Shown here one piece after another: positions 13,101 through 24,954 of a DNA stretch of 64,000 nt; position 1 is the stretch's first letter; each line of letters starts with the position of its first letter. Below the pieces are notes generated by a model, which made no database searches, was not told where the DNA came from, and worked only from the letters and a program-made list of their open reading frames with translations. Both the position numbers and the translations under genes were made by a program. Source of the stretch: Eledone cirrhosa (taxonomy: Eukaryota); assembly GCA_964016885.1 (NCBI GenBank), contig OZ024742.1, forward strand, positions 162,564,001 through 162,628,000. The letters run 5' to 3'.

Positions 13101-16100
13101 CTTACAACATAGGTAATGGCACCCTCCTAACATAGGTAACGGCACCCTCCCAACATAGGTAACGGCACTCTCCCAACATAGGTAACGGCACCCTCGCAAC
13201 ATAGGTAACGGCACCCTCCTAACATAGGTAATGGCACTCTCCCAACATAGGTAATGGCACCCTCCTAACATAGGTAATGGCACCCTCCCAACATAGGTAA
13301 CGGCACCGTTCCAGCATAGGTAATAGCACCCTCCTAACATAGGTAACGGCACCTTCTAAACATAGGTAACGGCACCCTCCTAACATAGGTAATGGCATCC
13401 TTCCAACATAGGTAAAGGCACCCTCCCAACATAGGTAATGACACCCTTCCAATATAGGTAATGGCATCCTCCTAACGTAGGTAACGGCACCCTCCTAACA
13501 TAGGTAATGGCACTCTCCCAACATAGGTAACGGCACTCTTCCAACATAGGTAACGGCACTCATCAATCATAGGTAATGGCAGCCTCCTAACATAGGTAAC
13601 GGCACCCTCCCAACACAGGTAACGGCACGCTCCCAACATAGGCAACGGCACCCTCCCAACATAGGTAACGGCACCCTCCTAACATAGGTAACGGCAGCCT
13701 CCTAACATAGGTAACGGCACCCTTCTAACATAAGTAACGGCACCCTCCCTACATAGGTAATGGCACTCTCCCAACATAGGTAACGGCACTCTCCTAACAT
13801 AGTTAACAACACCTTCCTAACATAGGTAACGGCACCCTCCTAACATAGGTAACGGCACCCTTCCAACATAGGTAATGGCACCATCATAACATAGCTAACG
13901 GCACTCTCCCAACATTGGTAATGGCACTCTGACAACATAGGTAACGGCACCCTCCCAACATAGGTAACGGCACCCACCCATCATAGGTAACGGCACCCTT
14001 ACAACATACATAATGGCACCCTCCTAACATATGTAATGGCACTGTCCCAACATAGGTAACGGCACTCTCCTAACATAGATAACGGCACCCTCCTAAAATA
14101 GGTAACGGCACCCTTCCAACATAGGTAATGGCACTCTCGTAACATAGCTAACTGCACTCTCCCAACATAGGTAATGGCATTCTCCCACCATAGGTAACGG
14201 CACCCTCCCAACATAGGTAACGGCACCCTTCTAACATAGGTAACGGCACCCACCCAACATAGGTAACGGCACCCTTACAACATAGGTAATGGCACCCTCC
14301 TAACATAGGTAACGGCACCCTCCCAACATAGGTAACGGCACTCTCCCAACATAGGTAACGGCACCCTCCCAACATAGGTAACGGCACGATCCTAACATAA
14401 GGAATGGCACTCTCCCAACATAGGTAATGGCACCCTCCTAACATAGGTAATGGCACCCTTCCAATATAGGTAATGGCATCCTCCTAACGTAGGTAATGGT
14501 ACTTTCCCAACATAGGTAACGGCACCCTTCCAGCATAGGTAATAGCACCCTCCTAACATAGGTAACGACACCTTCTAAACATAGGTAACAGCACCCTCCT
14601 AACATAGGTAATGGCATCCTTCCAATATAGGTAAAGGCACCCTCCCAACATAGGTAACGGCACCCTCCCAACACAGGTAACGGCACGCTCCCAACATAGG
14701 CAACGGCACCCTCCCAACATAGGTAACGGCACCCTCCTAACATAGGTAACGGCAACCTCCTAACATAGGTAACGGCACCCTCGCAACATAGGTAACGGCA
14801 CCCTCCTAACATAGGTAATGGCATTCTCCCAACATAGGTAATGGCACCCTCCTAACATAGGTAAAGGCACTCTCCCAACATAGGAAACGGCACCCTTCCA
14901 ACATAGGTAACAACACCTTCCTAACATAGGTAACGGCACCCTCCCAACATAGGTAATGGCACTCTCCGATCTTAGGTAACGGCACTCTCCCAACATAGGT
15001 AACTGCACCCTCCTAACAGAGGTAATGGCACCCTTCCAACATAGGTAATGTCACCCTCCTAACATAGGTAACGGAACCCTCCCAACATAGGTAACGGCAC
15101 CCTCCCACCATAGGTAACGGCACTCACCCATCATGGTTAATGGCACCCTCCTTACATAGGTAACGGCACTCTTCCAATATAGGTAATGTCACCCTCCTAA
15201 CCTAGGTAACGGCACCCTCCTAACAGAGGTAATGGCATTCTCCCAACATAGGTAATGGCCCCCTCCTAACATAGGTAAAGGCACCCTTCCAATATAGGTA
15301 ATGGCACCCTCCTAACATAGGTAATGGCACTCTCCTAACATAGGAAACGGCACCCTTCCAACATAGGTAATGGCACCCTCCTAATATAGGTAAAGGCACC
15401 CTTCCAATATAGGTAATGGTACTCTCCCAACATAGGTAATGGTACTCTCCCAACATAGGTAACGGCACTCTCCTAACATAGGTAACGGCACCCTCTCTAA
15501 CATAGGTAATGGGATTCTCCTAACATAGGTGACAGCACTCTTCCAACAAAGGTAACAGCACCCTTACAACACAGGGAATGGCACTCTCCTAACATAGGTA
15601 GCGGCACCCTCCCACCATAGGTAATGGCACTCTCCCAACATAGGAAACGGCTCACTTCCATCATAGGTAATGGCACCCTCCCAACATAGGTAACGGCACC
15701 CTCCTAACATAGGTAACGGCACGCTCCCAACATAGTTAATAGCACTCTCCCAACATTGGTAACTGCAGTCTCCCAACATAGGTAACGGCACTCTACTAAC
15801 ATAGGTAACTGCACCCTCCTAACAGAGGTAACGGCACCCTTCCAACATAGGTAATGGCACCCTCCTAACATAGGTAACGGCACCCTCCCAACATAGGTAA
15901 CGGCACCCTCCCACCATAGGTAACGGCACTCTTCCAATATAGGTAATGGCACCCTCCTAACATAGGTAACGACACCCTCCCAACATAGGTAATGGCACTC
16001 TCCCAACATAGGTAACGGCACCCTCCTAACGTAGGTAACGGAACCCTTCTAACATAGGTAATGTCACCCTCATAATATAGGTAACGGCACCCTCCCAACA

Positions 16101-17499
16101 TAGGTAATGGCACTCTCCCAACATAGGTAACGGCACCCTCCCAACATAGGTATGGCATTCTCCTAACATAGGTAATGGCACCCTCCTAACATAGGTAATG
16201 GCACCCTCCTAACATAGGTAATGGCACCCTCCTAACATATGTAATGGTACTCTCCCAACATAGGTAACGGCACTCTCCTAACATAGATAACGTCACCCTC
16301 TTAAAATAGGTAACGGCACCCTCCCAACATAGGTAACGGCACCCTTCTAACATAGGTAACGGCACCCACCCAACATAGGTAACGGCACCCTTACAACATA
16401 GGTAATGGCACCCTCCTAACATAGGTAACGGCACCCTCCCAACATAGGTAACGGCACCCTCCCAACATAGGTAACGGCACTCTCCCAACATAGGTAACGG
16501 CACCCTCCCAACATAGGTAACGGCACCCTCCTAACATAGGTAATGGCACTCTCCCAACATAGGTAATGGCACCCTCCTAACATAGGTAATGACACCCTTC
16601 CAATATAGGTAATGGCATCCTCCTAACGTAGGTAATGGTACTTTCCCAACATAGGTAACGGCACCGTTCCAACATAGCTAATAGCACCCTCCTAACATAT
16701 GTAACGGCACCTTCCCAACATAGGTAACGGCACCCTCCTAACATAGGTAATGGCACTCTCCCAACATAGGTAACGCCCCCCCCTCCTAACGTATGTAATG
16801 GCACTCTCCCAACATAGGTAATGGCAGCCTCCTAACATAGGTAATGGCACCCTTCCAATATAGGTAATGGCATCCTCCTAACGTAGGTAACGGCACCCTC
16901 TTAACATAGGTAATGGCACTCTCCCAACGTAGGTAACGGCACTCTTCCAACATAGGTAACGGCACTCATCAATCATAGGTAATGGCACCCTCCTAACATA
17001 GGTAACGGCACCCTCCCAACACAGGTAACGGCACGCTCCCAACATAGGCAACGGCACGCTCCCAACATAGGTAACGGCACCCTCCTAACATAGGTAACGT
17101 CAGCTTCCTAACATAGGTAACGGCACCCTTCCAACATAGGTAATGGCACCCTTCTAACATAAGTAACGGCACCCTCCCAACATAGGTAATGGCACTCTCC
17201 CAACATAGGTAATGGCACTCTCCGATCTTAGGTAACGGCACTCTCCCAACATAGGTTCCGGCTCCCTTCCATCATAGGTAATGGCACCCTCCCAACATAG
17301 GTAACGGCACCCTCCTAACATAGGTAACGGCACCCTCCTAACATAGGTAACGACACCCTCCCAACATAGTTAGTGGCACTCTCCCAACATAGGTAACTGC
17401 ACCCTCCCAACATATGTAACGGCACTCTACTAACATAGGTAACTGCACCCTCCTAACAGAGGTAATGGCACCCTTCCAACATAGGTAATGGCACCCTCC

Positions 17500-17930
17500 T
17501 AACATAGGTAACGGCACCCTCCCAACATAGGTAACGGCACCCTCCCACCATAGGTAACGGCACTCTCCCATCATGGTTAATGGCACCCTCCTTACCTAGG
17601 TAACGGCACCCTCCTAACATAGGTAATGGCATTCCCCCAACATAGGTAATGGCCCCCTCCTAACGTAGGTAAAGGCTCCCTTCCAATATAGGTAATGGCA
17701 CCCTCCTAACATAGGTAACGGCACCCTCCCAACATAGGTAACGGCACGCTCCCACCATAGGTAACGGCACTCTCCCATCATGGTTAATGGCACCCTCCTT
17801 ACCTAGGTAACGGCACCCTCCTAACATAGGTAATGGCATTCTCCCAACATAGGTAATGGCCCCCTCCTAACGTAGGTAAAGGCTCCCTTCCAATATAGGT
17901 AATGGCACCCTCCTAACATAGGTAACGGCA
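17500..17930. repeat. Local 207-bp (9-monomer) tandem duplication
   Basis: TCATGGTT occurs at 17571 and 17778; AAAGGCTCCC occurs at 17671 and 17878. Confidence 0.85.
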
Positions 17931-18417
17931 CTCTCCTAACATAGGAAACGGCACCCTTCCAACATAGGTAATGGCACCCTCCTAATATAGGTAAAGGCAC
18001 CCTTCCAATATAGGTAATGGCACCCTCCTAACATAGGTAACGGCACTCTCCTAACATAGGAAACGGCACCCTTCCAACATAGGTAATGGCACCCTCCTAA
18101 AATAGGTAACGGCACCCTCCCAACATAGGTAATGTTACTCTCCCAACATAGGTAATGGTACTCTCCCAACATAGGTAACGGCACTCTCCTAACATAGGAA
18201 ACGGCACCCTTCTTACATAGGTAACGGCACCCACCCAACATAGGTAACGGCACCCTTACAACATAGGTAATGGCACCCTCCTAACATAGGTAACGGCACC
18301 CTCCCAACATAGGTAACGGCACCCTCCTAACATAGGTAATGGCACTCTCCCAACATAGGTAATGGCACCCTCCTAACATAGGTAATGACACCCTTCCAAT
18401 ATAGGTAATGGCATCCT

Positions 18418-18444
18418 CCTATGATGGCTCACTTCCATCATAGG
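18418..18444. other. Out-of-register breakpoint: a 16-bp truncated monomer forming a perfect 10-bp inverted repeat, CCTATGATGG-ctcactt-CCATCATAGG
   Basis: The sequence reads CATCCTCCT ATGAT GGCTCACTTCCATCATAGG. The expected AACATAGGTAAC (12 nt) is replaced by ATGAT (5 nt). The arms 18418-18427 and 18435-18444 are exact reverse complements. Confidence 0.9.
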
Positions 18445-21400
18445 TAATGGCACCCTCCCAACATAGGTAACGGCACCCTCCTAACATAGGTAACGGCACC
18501 CTCCCAACATAGTTAATAGCACTCTCCCAACATAGGTAACTGCAGTCTCCCAACATAGGTAACGGCACCCTCCCAACATAGGTAACGGCACTCTACTAAC
18601 ATAGGTAACTGCACCCTCCTAACAGAGGTAACGGCACCCTTCCAACATAGGTAATGGCACCCTCCTAACATAGGTAACGGCACCCTCCCAACATAGGTAA
18701 CGGCACCCTCCCACCATAGGTAACGGCACTCTCCCAACATGTTTAATGGCAGCCTCCTTACATAGGTAACGGCACTCTTCCAATATAGGTAATGGCACCC
18801 TCCTAACCTAGGTAACGGCACCCTCCTAAAGTAGGTAACGGAACCCTTCTAACATAGGTAATGGCACCCTCATAATATAGGTAACGGCACCCTCCCAACA
18901 TAGATAATGGGACTCTCCCAACATAGGTAACGGCACCCTCCCAACGGAGGTAACGGCACCCTCACAACATAGGTAACGGCATTCTCCAAACATAGGTAAT
19001 GGCACCCTCCTAACATAGGTAATGGCACCCTCCTAACATAGGTAACGCCACTCTCCTAACATAGATAACGGCACCCTCCTAAAATAGGTAACGGTACCCT
19101 TCCAACATAGGTAATGGCACCCTCCTAACATAGGTAACGGCACCCTCCCAACATAGGTAACGGCACTCTCCCAACATAGGTAACGGCATCCTCCCAACAG
19201 AGGTAACGGCACCCTCCCAACATAGGTAACGGCATTCTCGTAACATAGGTAATGGCACCCTCCTAAAATAGGTAATGGCACCCTCCTAACATAGGTAATG
19301 GCACCCTCCCAACATAGGTAACGGCACTCTCCTAACATAGATAACGGCACCTTCTTAAAATAGGTAACGGCACCCTTCCAACATAGGTAATGGCACCCTC
19401 CTAACATAGGTAACGGCACGCTCCCAACATAGGTAACGGCACTCTCCCAACATAGGTAACGGCACCCTCTCAACATAGGTAACGGCACCCTCCTAACATA
19501 GGTAATGGCACTCTCCCAACATAGGTAATGGCATCCTTCTAACATAGTAATGGTACTTTCGCAACATAGGTAACGACAACCTTCCAACATAGGTAATGGC
19601 ACCCTCCTAACATATGTAATGGTACTCTCCCAACATAGGTAACGGCACTCTCCTAACATAGATAACGGCACCCTCTTAAAATAGGTAACGGCACCCTTCC
19701 AACATAGGTAATGGCACCCTCGTAACATAGCTAACTGCACTCTCCCAACATAGGTAATGGCATTCTCCCAACATAGGTAACGGCACCCTCCCAACATAGG
19801 TAACGGCACCCTTCTAACATAGGTAACGGCACCCACCCAATATAGGTAACGGCACCCTTACAACATAGGTAATGGCACCCTCCTAACATAGGTAACGGCA
19901 CCCTCCCAACATAGGTAACGGCACTCTCCCAACATAGGTAACGGCACCCTCCCAACATAGGTAACGGCACCCTCCTAACATAGGTAATGGCACTCTCCCA
20001 ACATAGGTAATGTCACCCTCCTAACATAGGTAATGACACCCTTCCAATATAGGTAATGGCATCCTCCTAACGTAGGTAATGGCACTCTCCCAACATAGGT
20101 AACGCCCCCCCTCCTAACATAGGTAATGGCACTCTCCCAACATAGATAATGGCAGCCTCCTAACATAGGTAATGGCACACTTCCAATATAGGTAATGGCA
20201 TCCTCCTAACGTAGGTAACGGCACCCTCCTAACATAGGTAATGGCACTCTCCCAACATAGGTAACGGCACTCTTCCAACATAGGTAACGGCACTCATCAA
20301 TCATAGGTAATGGCACCCTCCTAACATAGGTAACGGCACCCTCCCAACATAGGTAACGGCACGCTCCCAACATAGGCAACGGCACGCTCCCAACATAGGT
20401 AACGGCACCCTCCTAACATAGGTAACGTCAGCCTCCTAACATAGGTAACGGCACCCTTCCAACATAGGTAATGGCACCCTTCTAACATAAGTAACGGCAC
20501 CCTCCCAACATAGGTAATGGCACTCTCCCAACATAGGTAACGGTACTCTCCTAACATAGGTAACAGCACCCTCCTAACATAGGTAACGGCACCCTTCCAA
20601 CATAGGTAATGGCACTCTCGTAACATAGCTAACGGCACTCTCCCAACATAGGTAATGGCACTCTCACAATATAGTTAAGGGCACCCTTCTAACATAGGTA
20701 ACGGCACCCACCCAACATTGGTAACGGCAGCCTTACAACATAGGTAATGGCACCCTCCTAACATAGGTAACGGCACCCTCCCAACATAGGTAACGGCACC
20801 CTCCTAACATAGGTAATGGCATTCTCCCAACATAGGTAATGGCACCCTCCTAACATAGGTAAAGGCACCCTACCAATATAGGTAATGGCACCCTCCTAAC
20901 ATAGGTAACGGCACCCTCCCAACATAGGTAATGGTACTCTCCCAACATAGGTAATGGTACTCTCCCAACATAGGTAACGGCACACTCCTAACATAGGTAA
21001 CGGCACCCTCTCTAACATAGGTAATGGGACTCTCCTAACATAGGTGACAGCACTCTTCCAACAAAGGTAACGGCACCCTTACAACACAGGGAATGGCACT
21101 CTCCTAACATAGGTAGCGGCACCCTCCCACCATAGGTAACGGCACTCTCCCAACATAGGTAACGGCACCCACCTAACATAGGTAACGGCACCCTCCCAAC
21201 ATAGTTAATAGCACTCTCCCAACATAGGTAACTGCAGTCTCCCAACATAGGTAACGGCACCCTCCCAACATAGGTAACGGCACTCTACTAACATAGGTAA
21301 CTGCATCCTCCTAACAGAGGTAACGGCACCCTTCCAACATAGGTAATGGCACCCTCCTAACATAGGTAACGGCACCCTCCCAACATAGGTAACGGCACCC

Positions 21401-23880
21401 TCCCACCATAGGTAACGGCACTCTCCCAACATGGTTAATGGCAGCCTCCCTACATAGGTAACGGCACTCTTCCAATATAGGTAATGGCACCCTCCTAACC
21501 TAGGTAACGGCACCCTCCCAACATAGGTAATGACACTCTCCCAACATAGGTAACGGCACCCTCCTAACGTAGGTAACGGAACCCTTCTAACATAGGTAAT
21601 GGCACCCTCATAATATAGGTAACGGCACCCTCCCAAAATAGGTAATGGCACTCTCCCAACATAGGTAACGGCACCCTCCCAACAGAGGTAACGGCACCCT
21701 CCCAACATAGGTAACGGCATTCTCCTAACATAGGTAATGGCACCCTCCTAACATAGGTATTGGCACCCTCCTAACATAGGTAATGGCACCCTCCCAACAT
21801 AGGTAACGCCACTCTCCTAACATAGATAACGGCACCCTCCTAAAATAGGAAACGGCACCCTTCCAACATAGGTAATGGCACCCTCCTAACATAGGTAACG
21901 GCACCCTCCCAACATAGGTAACGGCACTCTCCCAACATAGGTAACGGCACCCTCCCAACATAGGTAACGGCACCCTCCTAACATAGGTAATGGCACTCTC
22001 CCAACATAGGTAATGGCACCCTCCTAACATAGGTAATGGCACCCTTCCAATATAGGTAATGGCATCCTCCTAACGTAGGTAATGGTACTCTCCCAACATA
22101 GGTAACGGCACTCTCCTAACATAGATAACGGCACCCTCTTAAAATAGGTAACGGCACCCTTCCAACATAGGTAAATGCACCCTCGTAACATAGCTAACTG
22201 CACTCTCCCAACATAGGTAATGGCATTCTCCCAACATAGGTAACGGCACCCTCCCAACATAGGTAACGGCACCCTTCTAACATAGGTAACGGCACCCACC
22301 CAACATAGGTAACGGCACTCTCCCATCATGGTTAATGGCACCCTCCTTACATAGGTAACGGCACCCTTCCAACATAGGTAATGGCACCCTCCTAACATAG
22401 GTAACGGCACCCTCCCAACATAGGTAATGGTACTCTCCCAACATAGGTAATGGTACTCTCCCAACATAGGTAACGGCACTCTCCTAACATAGGTAACGGC
22501 ACCCTCTCTAACATAGGTAATGGGACTCTCCTAACATAGGTTACAGCACTCTTCCAACAAAGGTAACGGCACCCTTACAACACAGGGAATGGCATTCTCC
22601 TAACATAGGTAGCGGCACCCTCCCACCATAGGTAATGGCAGTCTCCCAACATAGGTAACGGCTCACTTCCATCATAGGTAATGGCACCCTCCTAACATAG
22701 GTAACGGCACCCTCCCAACATAGTTAATAGCACTCTCCCAACATAGGTAACTGCAGTCTCCCAACATAGGTAACGGCACCCTCCCAACATAGGTAACGGC
22801 ACTCTACTAACATAGGTAACTGCACCCTCCTAACAGAGGTAACGGCACCCTTCCAACATAGGTAATGGCACTCTCCTAACATAGGTAACGGCACCCTCCC
22901 AACATAGGTAACGGCACCCTCCTAACGTAGGTAACGGAACCCTTCTAACATAGGTAATGGCACACTCATAATATAGGTAACGGCACCCTCCCAACATAGG
23001 TAATGGCACTATCCCAACCTAGGTAACGGCACCCCCCCAAAAGAGGTAACGGCACCCTCCCAACATAGGTAACGGCATTCTCCTAACATAGGTAATGGCA
23101 CCCTCCTAACATAGGTAATGGCACCCTCCCAACATAGGTAACGGCACTCTCCTAACATAGATAACGGCACCCTCCTAAAATAGTTAACGGCACCCTTCCA
23201 ACATAGGTAATGACACCCTCGTAACATAGCTAACGGCACTCTCCCAACATAGGTAATGGCACTCTCCCAACATAGGTAACGGCACCCTCCCAACATAGGT
23301 AACGGCACCCTTCTAACATAGGTAACGGCACGCACCCAACATAGGTAACGGCACCATTACAACATAGGTAATGGTACCCTCCTAACATAGGTAACGTCAC
23401 CCTCCCAACATAGGTAACGGCACTCTCCCAACATAGATAACGGCACCCTCCCAGCATAGGTAACGGCACCCTCCTAACATAGGTAATGGCACTCTCCCAA
23501 CATAGGTAATGGCACCCTCCTAACATAGGTAATGGCATCCTTTTAACGTAGGTAATGGTACTTTCCCAACATAGGTAACGGCACCGTTCCAGCATAGGTA
23601 ATGGTACCCTCCTGACATAGGTAACGGCACCTTCCCAACATAGGTAACGGCACCCTCCTAACATAGGTCATGGCATCTTCCAACATAGGTAAAGGCACCC
23701 TCCCAACATAGGTAACGGCACTCTCCTAACATAGGTAACGGCACCCTCTCTAACATAGGTAATGGGACTCTCCTAACATAGGTGACAGCACTCTTCCAAC
23801 AAAGGTAACGGCACCCTTACAACACAGGGAATGGCACTCTCCTAACATAGGTAGCGGCATCCTCCCACCATAGGTAATGG
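18428..23880. repeat. Dispersed copy of the Sat-A module at about 1298-6740 (offset 17084-17130)
   Basis: ORF pairs 1383/18513 (17130), 2647/19731 (17084), 3236/20321, 3927/21012, 4120/21205, 4640/21725 (all 17085) and 5901/23009, 6122/23230 (17108). Offsets change in steps of 23 or 46, apart from one C-run insertion. Confidence 0.85.
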
Positions 23881-24954
23881 CACTCTCCCAACATAGGTAA
23901 CGGCTCACTTCCATCATAGGTAATGGCACCCTCCCAACATAGGTAACGGCACCCTCCTAACATAGGTAACAACACCTTCCTAACATAGGTAACGACACCC
24001 TCCCAACATAGGTAATGGCACTCTCCGATCTTAGGTAACGGCACTCTCCCAACATAGGTTACGGCTCCCTTCCATCATAGGTAATGGCACCCTCCCAACA
24101 TAGGTAACGGCACCCTCCTAACATAGGTAACGGCACCCTCCTAACATAGGTAATGGCACCCTTCCAACATAGGTAATGGCACCCTCCTAACATAGGTAAC
24201 GGCACCCTCCCAACATAGGTAACGGCACCCTCCCACCATAGGTAACGGCACTCTCCCATCATGGTTAATGGCACCCTCCTTACATAGGTAACGGCACTCT
24301 TCCAATATAGGTAATGTCACCCTCCTAACCTAGGTAACGGCACCCTCCTAATATAGGTAATGGCATTCTCCCAACATAGGTAATGGCCCCCTCCTAACGT
24401 AGGTAAAGGCACCCTTCCAATATAGGTAATGGCACCCTCCTAACATAGGTAACGGCACTCTCCTAACATAGGAAACGGCACCCTTCCAACATAGGTAATG
24501 GCACCCTCCTAATATAGGTAAAGGCACCCTTCCAATATCGGTAATGGCACCCTCCTAACATAGGTAACGGCACTCTCCTAACATAGGAAACGGCACCCTT
24601 CCAACATAGGTAATGGCACCCTCCTAAAATAGGTAACGGCACCCTCCCAACATAGGTAATGGCACTCTCCCAACATAGGTAACGGCACTCTCCTAACATA
24701 GGTAATGGTACTCTCCCAACATAGGTAATGGCACTCTCCCAACATAGGTAACGGCACTCTCCTAACATAGGTAACGGCACCCTCCCAACATAGGTAACGG
24801 CACCCTCCTAACATAGGTAATGGCACTCTCCCAACATAGGTAATGGCACCCTCCTAACATAGGTAATGACACCCTTCCAATATAGGTAATGGCAACCTCC
24901 TAACATAGGTAATGGCATCCTTCCAACATAGGTAAAGGCACCCTCCCAACATAG

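Noticed and set aside
18418-18444. Rho-independent terminator or transposon terminal inverted repeat
   Set aside because: There is no U-tract, upstream gene, target-site duplication or internal element. It is better explained as a repair scar.
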